Shown here piece after piece: positions 28,589-42,919 of a stretch of DNA of 64,000 nt. Both the position numbers and the translations under genes were made by a program. The notes below the pieces were generated by a model that did not search any database, was not told where the DNA came from, and saw only the letters and a list, made by a program, of their open reading frames with translations. Every line of letters starts with the position of its first letter. Within the stretch, counting starts at the first letter, position 1. Source of the DNA: the human T2T-CHM13v2.0 reference genome, Homo sapiens; the NCBI RefSeq assembly GCF_009914755.1, contig NC_060930.1. One strand, 5' to 3'.

Positions 28589-29333
28589 GCCTTTGTATCA
28601 TTCTAAAAAATTAATTGGAGTATGCATTTAATAGATACTATAATAAAATTTTTTTTAAAAAACTATAAAAGTACATTCTGCTAACAGGTAGAAATTATTG
28701 AATGACAAAGGTTTTTTTTCTGATATGCCAGGATAAATGCCTACAAATAGGAACTTCTAAAGCACTTACCTGTGAACAATACACAATACCAGAATCATAT
28801 AACACGAATCTAATCTCAAGATCATTGCTGGTTTTCCCATGACTCTTTTTCTAACTAAATTGAGATTACCCTTATTCCTCCTATGAATAAGATGTGGTTT
28901 TTCTTGTTCAGACAGAAAATTTACAAAGCGAAAAATTAAACCAAAGCTAACAGTCGAGGAAGGTGTTTACAAACAAAATTATTATAACATATCCAAGTAA
29001 ACAGTGATACATTACCCCCAGGAATCAAGAAACAGGTCAGAAATAAGATTTTCCTATCAATTACTACGAATCTTTCATATATAACTAAATCTCCATTTAG
29101 AAAAGTTGTGTTTGTTGCTTGTTTGTTTGTTTGTTTGTTTTTTACTGCTATGGGGCCAATTTTCTTTGATAATATGTTTAGGGAAGAAGAAGATGCACAT
29201 GTTAAGAGCTAGCAGTAAGTCCCAACATTTCAGTTTGTAGTCTCAACATTTGAAAATAGGACTTTACGTTACTTGCTTCTTTTTTTCATTCTAGAATATG
29301 CTAGCAAGCAAGTGGCCCAGAACACCAAGTCCA

Positions 29334-29335
<2 letters not shown>

Positions 29336-29368
<33 letters not shown>
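29336..29368. repeat. (GA)n microsatellite
   Basis: Direct reading. Confidence 0.95.
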
Positions 29369-29371
<3 letters not shown>

Positions 29372-30425
29372 CAAAAGCAAGTAAGAAGCCAATGCATTTA
29401 ACCAGGTGCCAAACCTGGCAGTTAAATGAGGGTTCTGGGAGGCTGCACATTCACCTGAGCCTGAGAACAACAACAAAAAAAAATTGAAAATGTCAAATAA
29501 AAGGTAGCCAAACATGAAAATGACACCTGATCCCAAGGAGTTTAGTAGTAAAAAGCACCTATTCCCCTTGTATCTCACTGGGTATTTCTGAAAAGCAATT
29601 TTATCTAAATTTTTTAATGTGGGAAATATAAATAACATTGCCTTTTTTAATATTAACACATAGAAAATCTTTCCCCCAGAAGAGGTTTGATTGCAGGGTT
29701 AGCAATGGAAGGTTCCAGCTGTGAACCTGCTTCCTAGTCCAGACTAGGCTTGACCAAAGGCATTATATTTCTTCTTCCCAAGCTGGAGGCAGAGGCAGAG
29801 GCAGCTTAGGCCCCAGCCTGCAGAAGTCACCAATTCAGTGGCTGCAGGTAGAGCAGAGAGATGATTATTGGTGGGATACACAGTCTTAAAGCTCTCCTTA
29901 AATATATATATTTATATATAATGTATATGATCAAATTTTCATCAGATTTAACTGGGAGGTTGTCAAATAAGAGTAAACATAATTTCAAAAACAGTCTACA
30001 GATCTGAGTAACTTATAAAAGTCAAAGCCAGATAGAAAAACTAGGAAAACGAGACCCATATTGGGCAGGAGACATAAAATACTCAAAAAAGTTACTATAT
30101 GAGAGCTAGTGGGTCTTTGCCTTTTTATTACCTTTGCAAATATTGTTTTTATATATTTTACAATATTAGCCAATCCATAGGAGCTTTATCATTACCAATG
30201 CCATACTCTAGATAGTCTAGACAGTTTAGAAAATATTCAGTGAAGGTCCACAAAGACAATGGCAGTCATGATCTTCCCTTCCCTCCTGTACCTGCCAATC
30301 CCTGCAAGAAGACACAATTTTTTCCAGCTCTAAGAGGCATCTAGATGTGGGAGGCTATAGGGTACATAGATGCAGAAAGAGAGGCATTTTTAATTCCCCT
30401 AGAACAGATTTAAGAATTGAAGCTA

Positions 30426-30717
<292 letters not shown>

Positions 30718-32189
30718 AAGAATTGAAGCTAGCATAATCTAAGTTGTGAGAATCAATTTTTAGAACAAGAAGAATATATATAAAGTAATTTTACATGGGA
30801 AGTTTTATTGCTTTGTGGAATGAATGCATTCTATTAAATTTGGCTCAAATGAGCCTACAGAATAGGTGAGAAATGCATGGAATTTAGAGTCTCTATTATA
30901 GTGTCTCCACTTCAGGAGTAAATAAATAACCTCTCTAATCCTTAACTTCTTCATCTGTGGAGTGGAGATACATATTTATATCACAAAGGAATGTTATCAA
31001 AATAAAATGCAGCATTATACTTAATGGTGATGTGTAAATTGAAAAGCACTAAATGGCAGTTATTATTATTTGTAAAAAGCACGCCCTTTCTTTATGTTTT
31101 CCCTGTGGTGTCACAGACATCTGAGTCATTCACTTTTCTTTGGTAGCACTTGTCTGGTTTCTGGATCTCCACTTAAACATGGCCAACTTTTACTTCTCCA
31201 CTCTCTCCATGGAGCTCAGGAATTTATTCTGTTCCTGGTTTTTTTTTCCTGATTCCATACTAGCTGAGCAAATAACTTTGCTCCTGCTGCTTCTCCTCAG
31301 GTCTGAGATTTGTAATATCTACTAAAGCTGGGTTGCAGTTCACACATTTCCCTAAAACAGGCCTCTGTCTGAAATATTGTGTACTGACCAGAAATCTCCA
31401 CTCCCAGCCTGCAAATTGTACCTTATTTTATCATCCTTTTACGTTCTCTCCTACTTTTGAATTCACTCCAACTGAAAACTAGTCATAGCTTACAAGAAAA
31501 TTAATTTCTTTACTAGAATTTGAGAAAATTTATCCACAAAGAAACAGAGGCAAAGTCACAAAACCGTCATCATCATTATCATCATCATCCAAACCTTGCA
31601 AGACAGCAGTTATCAATCAGTTGGAAGCAAAAATCAGAAACTTAGCTGTTAGATGTGGGAAGTAATTTAGAGACCACCATCTCACCTTCTTCAAATGGAA
31701 GATAAAGCAATTGGCCCAAGATTGGGCAAGAGAGTACTGAGTGTCCTAAACCAGACATATTTTCACTCTGTGCTGTGACTCAAATGCAGCAAGCTCCCTA
31801 TTTCATGAAGATTCTCCTACTGGCAAGCATCAAATGAGACTGGACCAAATATTTGAGTTTTTGTGAAGTCATCATGCCTATTTTTCACATGCAGTGGACA
31901 ATAAATGGTGGGGATGCTACCTCTTTGTGCTATTTTGCAAGTCACAAAATATGTCATGTCATAATTTCATTTGAACTTCACAACGTCAACATGCAGACAA
32001 GAGCAGAGCAAATAGAATCTCTGCTTTCAAATGAGGTGTCTGGAACTACAAGATTTTCTCAGGGTTAAATATAAGACTCAGGCCTTGAACCCACATCAGA
32101 CTTAAAAGTTTATGCTCATCTTCATTTCATTCCATAGAAAAGGGTTTTTTAATCACTATTCAATATTTTATAATAGAGTAGTGATTAAC

Positions 32190-32430
32190 AGTACAAGTTT
32201 TAGAGGCAACAACCAACCAAAGTCTGAATGCAGCCTTTACTGCTTTATTAACTCTGTGGCCTCACACAGTTATGGAGCCATTGCTTTATGCCTTGGTTTA
32301 CTTATCATACATGTAAATAATAAACTAGGACTCTCATCATGGATATGAGAATTAAATAACATAATATATGTAAAGACCTTAGCACAGTGCCTGGCGTAGA
32401 CTAAATCATCAAGTACAGCTGTTATTCATT
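32190..32430 (+). mobile_element. MIR
   Basis: MIR core-like ttacttatcatacatgtaaa...gtaaagaccttagcacagtgcctggc. Confidence 0.6.
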
Positions 32431-32589
32431 TTGTCTTCCTTATTTAAAAATACTGAGTGCAAGCTTTCCATTAAAAAAAAAATTAACCTAAATTCTTCTC
32501 TTTATATAGGTAAAGTATATGTAAACGTAGCCAGACTTCCCATATAGAATCCTTAACAAGATTATACTTTCAAAGATTAAAATTTCTAC

Positions 32590-33130
<541 letters not shown>

Positions 33131-34549
33131 TCTCTGGCACCATGCTAGGGAGCTGAGTGAAGGTGTAACACACAGGCACTAATATACATCAACTGCAAAG
33201 CAAAAGGTTTCTATTTCATTCAGTAACAGCTTATTTAAATCACTTGTTTCAAAAATAGCTAGGATACTTTTTATGGTGTTTGGTTTTATTAACTCCTCAT
33301 CAATTTGTTATTCTTCTTCAACCCTACCATTGTATCCACACATTTATACATGCTTAATAAACTGACACAACTCTGGAAGCTTGTACTAGTATGAGCTAAA
33401 GAAATGGCATGTTGCAGAAACTTTCTTTCCACATCTTTTTTTCCTCCCTCCCAATCCAACTCAACCCAAAAGGGAAGCAGCTGCGGAAAGTAAATGGGGA
33501 GGCTTCTAAAATTAAATCAGGAAAAAACTTACATTTATTACTGAGGTTGAGAGGGAAGGTGACATTTTTAAATGTTACATTAGGTAAATTAATTGAAAAC
33601 AGAAAAAGTAAAAAGCAATCCTCCTTGCTGACAGTAAACAACCACTATTTTTCAGTTGTTTGATTTTTGTATGTCCTTTTATAGCTCTCCCTAAGGTAGA
33701 AGATCGCTTTGTGAATGATGGAAACTTCATTATTTTTCTTTAATTCCATCAGTGCCAAGGCTATATGGCCCCATTGCCTAGCAGAGCTATAATGTTAGAA
33801 CAGACTAGAACCATGTAAAGAGGAGCTAAATGAGTCCAATCAACAACTTCAGCCAAAAGAACTTCAATATTGAGGACTGTGGACTAAGCAACAAGCTTTC
33901 TAAAGCAAGGAAAGGTCATTTCTTAGCAACAATGAGAATGTTCTTATAAAAAAGGGATTTAAGGATTTACAGAAAAGAATCATTCCTGGATTTCACTCAT
34001 GGGCTTTGGAAGCATAATTGTGTTTGATACCTGGCTCCTCTATTTTCTAGGTGTGTGACTGTGAGTAAACTCTTATAACTCTCTGAACTTCAGTCTCTTA
34101 AACCATGGAAATATGATACTAATACTTAACACACTAGATTTATGTGAAAATGGATTGAATTTGGATGTATGTAAAACACTGTATTCTGTGGTACCATTCA
34201 GCAGAAGCTTAACAACTACTAGCTCCCTTTACCCCATGACATCATGTCTAGGTATAAAGATTTGATTATCACTAAACATGTTGGAAGAAAAGGTTTTGAT
34301 TATGGACACAGACTTCAGGGAATTGATAATATCTGATTTATGTTCTCTGTGGTTATAAGCTACAGGTGGAGTCCAGCACTCAATTTGCAGAACTTCCTCA
34401 TTATAACAACCTTTTGGGTTGTATACCACTTGTCACATCACACTTGCTCAAATACTTGATAGTCGCGACTGACCAAATTACACAGATGTTGCCCTTTTTC
34501 CCTAGAAATTTTGCTGCAATAGTTAGGTACCTTAAAAACACACAGTCTT

Positions 34550-34822
34550 CAGCAAACTAACACAAGAACAGAAAACCAAACACCACATGTTCTCACTCAT
34601 AAGTGGGAGTTGAACAGTGAGAACACATGGACACAGGGAGGGGAACATCACACACCGGGGCCTGTCGGGGGATGGGGAGCTAGGGGAGGGATAGCATTAG
34701 GAGAAATACCTAATGTAGATGACAGGTTGATGGATGCAGCAAACCACCATGACACGTGTATACCTACGTAACAAACCTGAGAGTTCTGCACATGTACCCC
34801 AGAACTTAAAGTATAATAAAAA
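34550..34822 (+). mobile_element. Short 5'-truncated L1PA (PA7/8-like) 3' end
   Basis: ORF2 end, 3'UTR and A tail; TSD aaaaa(c/t)acacagtctt at 34534-34549 and 34823-34838. Confidence 0.88.
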
Positions 34823-34874
34823 AAAAATACACAGTCTTGTTGGGAGGTGATACAAAGCAGAAATTTCTGCTACT

Positions 34875-35179
<305 letters not shown>

Positions 35180-35418
35180 CTACTGCAATATAAAATAACA
35201 CTTTCCCTCTATTCGTATGCCTGCAGTAACCACATCAGAGACCATATGCAGTTACATTATTGTAACTGGGGTATTTGTGTTCAATGTGTTTGAGCTGCTA
35301 AATTTCCCATGTGAGGTGACTAAAATGTGCATATTTTACTCTTTTACTCTTGACCAATAAGAGCCAAATTCCCACTGGGTAGTAGAAACAAGCATGTTTG
35401 TCTTTTTGTTTCAAACAC

Positions 35419-35420
<2 letters not shown>

Positions 35421-35455
<35 letters not shown>
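35421..35455. repeat. (CA)n microsatellite
   Basis: Direct reading. Confidence 0.95.
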
Positions 35456-35457
<2 letters not shown>

Positions 35458-36653
35458 CTTGGAAAAATTAGATATCAATATGCAAAAAAAAATGAATCTC
35501 ATCCCACACTGCACATTTTATACAAAATATTAATTCAAAACATATCATAGATATAAGTATAAAATGTAAAACTATAAAACTTCAGAAGAAAACATGGAGA
35601 AAATTTTTGCAATGCTGAATTAGGCAAAGATTTCTTAGATCTGACCCCAAAAGCATGAAATAGAAAAGAAAGTAATAATAACTTGGACTTAATCAAAATT
35701 AAAAATATTTCACTCTACAAAAGACACTATTAAGAAAGAAAAACCTTGAACTAGCAGAAAATGTTTGCAAATTACATATCTGATAAAAGGCTTGTATTCA
35801 GAACATGTTAAACCCTTAAAACTCAAGCATAATAAATGAAAAAAGTAAGAACATCTTTTTGTACTAACAAAGATGCAACGTAACTGAACTCTGGTGACAA
35901 TGGAAATGGTGCAGACACTTTGGAAAACAGTTTAGCTGTTTCTTAGAAAGTTAAACATACATTCATAGGAATTTCCTAAGAGGAAAAACAACAACTATTC
36001 ACCCACAGTGAAATTCCATTTTTGCAACATTCTAAAAAAGGCAAAACTCAGGGATGAAAAACAAATCAGTGGCTGCCAGAGTTTGTGGGAGAGGAGAAGA
36101 ACTGCACACAAGTGTGTGGCACAGAGGAGTTCTGGATGATGATGAAACTATTCTTTATTTTGCTTGTAGTGGTAAACAGATGATTTCATGCATTTGCTGA
36201 AAGTAATAGAACTTTGTGCAACACAAAGAATAAATTTCACCATATGTAATTTTAAAATTAATCTTTAAAAAACATAAGCACAATAGATAAAAATTATTAT
36301 CTTTACAAATGATATAACTGCATACATACTAATAAAATACCCAAGAGAATCTCCAGAAAGAGTATTAAAAATAGAGTTTAACAAGTTAGATAAATCAATC
36401 CATATATAAAAATCAACTGTACTTCCCTACACCAAGAGGTGTTACTGCTAGAAAACATAAATTAAAAAGTAGACCAGTAGAGAGAAAATTGGTTTATAAA
36501 AAGGCATTCAATATGGAAAAATAAATATAAATAAATGGAGAAACCTACCAAGTTTGTGACAAGTGTGATGGTCAGTTTTATGTGCCAAATTGTGTCAGTT
36601 ATTTCATCAAATATTATTCTAGGTGTTGCTGTTACCAGTGGAGGGTGTCCAGG

Positions 36654-38132
36654 TGAGAGGTGACAGCATGCTGGCAGCCCTCAGCCCTCGCTCGCTCTCC
36701 GTGCCTCCTCGGCCTTGGCGCCCACTCTGGCCGCGCTTGAGGAGCCCTTCAGCCCGCCGCTGCACTGTGGGAGCCGCTTCCTGGGCTGGCCCAGGCCGGA
36801 GCCGGCTCCCTCAGCTTGCCGGGAGGTGTGGAGGGAGAGGTGCGGGCCAGAACCGGGGCTGCACGGGCCGCTTGCAGGCCAGCGTGAGTTCCGGGTGGGC
36901 GTGGGCTCTGCCACCCCGCACTCGCAGCGGCCAGTCGGCCCCACCACCCAGGCAGTGAGGGGCTTAGCGCCTAGGCCAGCAGCTGCTGTGCTCCACTTCC
37001 CGCCCGGCCTTAGCTGCCTCCCCGCAGGGCAGAGCTCCGGACCTGCAGCCGCCATGCCTGAGCCTCCCCCCTGCCGTGGGCTCCTGCGCGGGCCCAGCCT
37101 CCCCGACGAGCGCCACCCCCTGCTCCACAGCGCCCAGTCCCATCACCACCCAAGGGCAGAGGAGTGCCGGCCCACAGCGCAGGACTGGCAGGCAGCTCCA
37201 CGGGCGGCCCACTGCAGGATCCACTGGGTGAAGCCAGCTGGGCTCCTCAGTCTGGTGGGGACTTGGAGAACCTTTATGTCTAGCTAAGGGATTGTAAATA
37301 CACCAATCAGCACTCTGTATCTAGCTCAAGGTTTGTAAACACACCAATCAGCACCCTGTGTCCAGCAAACACACCAATCAGCACCCTGTGTCTAGCGAAC
37401 ACACCAATCAGCACCCTGTGTCTAGCTCAGGGTTTGTGAATGCACCAATCGACACTCTGTATCTAGCTACTCTGGTGGGGACTTGGAAAACCTTTGTGTC
37501 CACACTCTGTATCTAGCTAATCTAGTGGGGAGGTGGAGAACTTTTGTGTCTAGCTCAGGGATTGTAAATGCGCCAATCAGCACCCTGTCAAAAACGGACC
37601 AATCAGCTCTCTGTAAAATGGGCCAATCGGCTCTCTGTAAAATGGACCAATCAGCAGGTTGTGGGTGGGGCCAGATAAGAAAATAAAAGCAGGCTGCCCT
37701 ACCCAGCCAGCTATGGCAACCAGCTGGGGTCCCCTTCCATACTGTGGAAGTTTTGCTGTTTCGCTCTTTGCAGTAAATCTTGCTACTGCACGCTCTTTGG
37801 GTCCACACTGCCTTTATGAGCTGTAACACTCACCACAAAGGTATGCAGCTTCACTCCTGAAGCCAGCGAGACCACTAAACCCACCGGGAGGAATGAACAA
37901 CTCCAGACGCGCCGCCTTAAGAGCTGTGATACTCACCAGGAAGGTCTGCAGCTTCACTCATGAGCCAGCGAGACCACGAACCCACCAAAAGGAAGAAACT
38001 CCGAACACATCTCAACATCAGAAGGAACAAACTCCGGACACGCCACCTTTAAGAACTGTAACACTCACCGTGAGGGTTCGCAGCTTCATTCTTGAAGTCA
38101 GGGAGACGAAGAACCCACCAATTCTGGACACA
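36654..38132 (+). mobile_element. LTR12C (HERV9) solo LTR
   Basis: tgagaggtgacagcatgctggcag start, GC/CpG-rich U3, CCAAT tandem repeats, U5 repeats gctgtaacactcacc, ends ccaattctggacaca. Confidence 0.92.
37295..37720 (+). promoter_or_regulatory. LTR12 enhancer/promoter: NF-Y CCAAT array, GC/GT box, GATA and TATA-like AATAAAA
   Basis: Nine CCAAT boxes (37303-37651), gggtgggg and agataag near 37663-37679, aataaaa at 37682. Confidence 0.75.
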
Positions 38133-41100
38133 CGTGTTGCTGGTGTTTTGAACAAAGAATTGGACAAAACACACAAAGCAAGGAAAGAATGAAGGAATGA
38201 AGCAACAAAAGCAGAGATTTATTGAAAACGAAAGTGTAGTTCACAGGGTGGGAGTAGCTGGAGCAGTGGCTAAGGGGCCCCCTTACAGAATTTTTTGGGT
38301 CCAAATACCCCTTAGAGGTTTCCCGTTGACCACTTGGTTTTCATCCCATATCAATGAAGTGGTGGCCCACGATCAGTTTGGTTGCAGAAAGCAACCAATT
38401 AGAGGGTGAAGTTATAAATTTACACTCCTATGCAAATGTCTCATTGGTTGTACCAATCAGATGTACTTTCAATTTCCCATCAGAAAAGGTGGGAGTTTGC
38501 AAAGGGAGTAGTGGCCTCTGGTCCTTTTGTTACTTACGTGTAGAAAGTTAGGGTTTGCCTTTCAATTTAGTTCTCGGAAGTAAGTGTGAAATGGCCTTAG
38601 GTTCCCTGTCTCCAGACCCTATTCTCCTGCCTCATTGCTATAAAGGTATTTTTGTAAAGTCTAAATTCAGTTGACTTTAAATAAGGGAGATTATCCTACA
38701 TAACCTTGGTGGGCATGATTCAATCAGTTATAAGGCCTTAACAGCAAAGCTGAAACTTCCTTGAAGTAGAAATTCCATATACGGACAATAGTTTCAGCAT
38801 GTCCCAGAAGTTCCAGCCTGTTCTTCCTGACAGCATGTCCTAGATAGCCCCACAGTCATGTAAGCCAATTCCTTGCCATAAATCTCTTGACAGATATCTC
38901 CTGCTGGCTCTGTTTGTTTTGTTGTTGTTTTTTTTTTTTCTCTGATTGAATGCTGGCTGCTACAAAGAAGGCTGAAGTTTACAAAGCATTAATTTTCTTC
39001 AAAATTATTTTTGGAATGAGTACATTTTAATTAAATCCCAACTTTTTTCAAGTTACTTGAAAAACTCATACTAAAAATTTTGTAGAATAACAGAAGCTCA
39101 AGAATTGCCAAGATGTTCCTGAGGAATATGCACAAAATGGGAGTTTTGCCCTAGTGGATATCAACACTTATTACAAAGGACAATTACAACAATGTGTTAT
39201 TAAAGTAGGGAATTTCGAAAGAAACTTTGACCCAATGCAACAGAATAGACAGCCCAGAAACAGGCTCCTAGATGTAAGAAAATGTAGTTTATGGCAGAAG
39301 TGGCATTGCAGAGTGCTGTGAAAAAGAATTAGCTACTGCACAAAACAGACTCTCTCAGACTGAGAGACAAAATACTGAGTGAAAATGTCAAGCATTATAC
39401 AAATGTGTATAGGATTATATGATTTTTATAAAACCCAAAACAAGAAAGCAAAATATCTTGTTTAGAGACATACTCTTTTGTTGCAAAACTTTAAAAAAAA
39501 AAGGGAATAAATGAAATACACACAACTCAGGATAGTGGTCAAAGGGAGCAAAAAGATACATTCAGCAGTACTGATAATGCCCTTGTTCAAAACTTGGATG
39601 GTGATGGGGGAAATATCCAAAATGTTTAACCAATGGTGGGACATAATCCCAAAGTAATTAGAACAGAAAGAGCCAGAAATGACCTCAACAGCCACTAAGG
39701 TGAACACCTACTCACCGTCAGCCCAGGTAGGCATGTTCCCAGCTGCAGTCTATTATGCTTCATAATATACAAAAGTTTTACACATTTCAGTAGATCTTAA
39801 ATAATATATAATAAAAATTATACATAGACAAATGAATTAGTCAATTCACAGAGGACAACTTTAAAAATCATTTAAATGCAACATTATTGTGGATTCAGAA
39901 TGCATGAAGAAATTCAGGAAAACAGTTCTTTATCCACTGCCAGAAAAACTTTGTTAGCATTGTTTTGCAAGGCCCCATGAAAATAAAATACAATTTTTTC
40001 TCTCTAAAATGAACAATACAGAAATAATCTCTGTGTGATTTCATAGAGTATACTAAAATTTCAAACTTTGTTGTCTTTGAAACTCCATGACTCTGTGATT
40101 GACAATGTGAACAGAGAAGAAAAAAATATGCAAATTTAATATATTATTTCCAAAAATGGTGGCAAAGAATAAAATATACTAAACAGGTATTTCCACAGGA
40201 TCTGTCAAAATTTCAAATGAAAATGACCTCCTGCAAGCAATGGTCCTATGATTTCCCTAGTCTTCATGACCTATACCCAAAGGAACAAAACTAAGGGTAG
40301 TCCTGTCAGATTATAATCATGCCTCCCTTTTCATTAAAGTATTCCTAGCACTTGAACAGTGATTTATTTATAGTAGATCTTCAATAAATATTTTTAAATT
40401 AATAAACAATGTCTCCATAACAGCTCTTCATAAATAAAAATACTATGTTTAATCAGGGCAGCCACAAGATCAACAAAGAGGTGCTATGAGGATAAATCTC
40501 TATGTTAGTTTCCCTGTGGCTCCTCAGTGCCTCTCCTAGAGAGGTCAGACAACATGCTCATATTTAGTTCTGTTACAGAAAAGATCAAAGGTCAAGGCTA
40601 AATGGGGAGACAGAAAACGTGTGCTGAATGTACACCACAAGCACAATCACTGTGGCTATTGTTCATGGGGTCACCAAAGAGCCAGAACCTACAGACTTGC
40701 CTCTCATCTCTAGGCCTTCCAGAGAGTCATGATTTCACAACTTTACTAAAAATTGGTTCCATCTTTGAACTCCAAAATGCATTTTACTAAACTCATTAAT
40801 GTCTAACATAGAGAAGTTCAAATTCTCATAAAACATACTCTCCTTCCCTAACTGCACCCACACACCATAGTTGGATGTGATGCACATACACAAAAGAAGT
40901 TCAAATATATAGTATATAATGATATCTTACAGAAAAAATGGAAAGTTCAAATATACCAATGTCCATAAAAGAAAATTTAAAACCATCCTTAAGGACGCTA
41001 ACGATGACCCTGACAATGAAGAAGGCAACGAGCACATAGGCAGTACAATATTCATAGGGAAACCTCATAGCTTCAAATGGTAAAAGTAAGGCAAAAAAAA

Positions 41101-41931
41101 AAAAACCAGGAAGCAAAGTGGTTGAGAAAAACAAGAGGAAGAAAACATAGGCATTGCAAAGAAGCATTATTAGAGTGTGGAAAAAAATGACAGAAAAAAA
41201 GGTTCTGAAACTAATTCAGATACTTGTAATATCAATGAAATAAATATCTATAACATCTTAAAGTTCAAAATGTTTTATGTGTATTATTTTATCTTTATAG
41301 ATATTTATATTATGTTGTTCTGCTCTTACTTTACAGATAGGAAACTTGGGGTTTGAAATTCAGCCAAGATCTTCCAGAAAACTAAACAATCAGGAGAAAA
41401 ATTCAATATTCAGCTTGATATTTCTTCTACTGTAGACCATCCTGACTCTTTTTAAAGAAGCCCAAAAATTGAATAAAAATGATACTAAATCAATCAAGTC
41501 AAAAATAATTCAGTCATTTAATGAATAATTTGTAGATGGCTCCATCTCATCTATTCAAGGATTTTGCTTTTTACTGAATCAAATGGTGATGACTATTGCA
41601 CCTTTAAAGAATACAGAGCAATCAAGTGATTTAGCCAACTGGAGTGAATTAAATTTTAAAAATGATGACTTTCCAAGTGGTTCAGTGGTAAAAAATTTCA
41701 AACTACTTAATCTAATTCAAAATAAAACAATATCTTGTGGGTGCTTTATAAATATGACTGCTCTTATAGTTTTAAGATATTTTTAGAATTATTCCTGAAA
41801 CCATTCACTTTGTGACCCTCCTTTCCTAATGTTTACCTTCTGTTTTCAATTCTTTTAATGCAAAATACTTATTAATGCCCCAGGTGGCCTATATTAATTA
41901 AGGATATGATGTGTCTTGGGAAAAGAACAGT

Positions 41932-41940
41932 TCTCTCCTA

Positions 41941-41996
<56 letters not shown>

Positions 41997-42165
41997 TGAG
42001 ATTATTATATATAGGAGAGATTATTATGTATAATTATGTATTATATACAATTATATAATCATATATTTAATTAATATAATTATATATATAAAATTATGGC
42101 CTCAGCAGGTGTTAGCAGAAAGAACACCATATATATATATATGATCATATATATATAATTATGGT
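41932..42165. repeat. (TA)n run with inverted and direct repeat patchwork
   Basis: About 23 TA units at 41947-41993; tctctcctatatat (41932) and atatataggagaga (42007) form an inverted repeat. Confidence 0.85.
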
Positions 42166-42919
42166 TGTCTGTTAGTCACCTTAAATAAAAGAAGGCTGTT
42201 TTATTCTTTCTTTTTCTTTTTAATTCAACCAAGAAAGAAAATTCTATAAATATAGAAGGAATAAGGAAGGTTGTTCAGGTCACATAATGGATGGACAGGC
42301 TCAAGAGGGAATGAGTCTTAGAATAATGTTTGGCATTAGTAACATAAATAAAAATTGAACCCACTCAAAAACCTTAAAAGGTAGTCCATTATATCTCTTA
42401 GCCTTAATTTGAGTTGTGAAAAATAACATTACAATTTATAAGTGTACACATTGATAAGTGAAATTGAATTTTGCATTGTCTCTCAGGTTTTCCACATTAG
42501 CATGAGAACATATATTTCAGTTGCTAGGTGCCCATGGGGCCACTGTACCAAAGGAGGTCACTGTCTCCTGTGCATAAATTCATCCCTGTGCATTTATGAA
42601 TGATTTGGAGCTTCCCCTTTTTCAGTGTGGGGTGGGGGAGCTTATTAATCATTTTCCAAACCACTAATGGACAGACAAGCACATTGCCAGCTGCTAGAAA
42701 ATGGTAGCAGCAGCAGAATGTAAAGCACCTTTGACATGAATATGGAAGCCAGCCAGGGCTAGGAGCCACGGAAGAAAGAACATATCTTCAGTGACTTTGT
42801 CAATCAGTGGGATTAAAAGGTCAACATATGTCAATAAAGAAAATGTAAAAATAATTTTTCTTTGCTCTGATGATAGCCTTCAGACCGCTTAAGAATATCA
42901 CTAACGACAGCTCCAGTCT

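Larger units (their letters stand above)
36630..38634 (-). mobile_element. MER51-like ERV1 solo LTR, split by LTR12
   Basis: Reverse strand starts tgaggcaggagaatagggtctggagacagggaacctaagg; perfect 4-bp TSD ttgc (36626-36629, 38635-38638). Confidence 0.75.
36564..38964 (+). mobile_element. MLT2 (ERVL) solo LTR, split
   Basis: tgtgatggtcagttttatgtgccaa...ctaggtgttgc | tataaaggtattttt...gggagattatcc...gtaagccaattcctt...taca. Confidence 0.75.
35457..39830 (+). mobile_element. Old L1M fragments (outer host of the LTR nest)
   Basis: Degenerate L1 ORF2/3'UTR-like sequence at about 35457-36560 and 38965-39830; probably more than one element. Confidence 0.6.

Noticed and set aside
37295-37660. Regularly spaced repeats superficially like a CRISPR array
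   Set aside because: LTR12 U3 enhancer repeats with no unique spacers; eukaryotic DNA, no cas genes
36623-38192. GC-rich ORFs up to 190 aa and a CpG-island-like stretch
   Set aside because: Entirely within LTR12C; not a host gene or host CpG island
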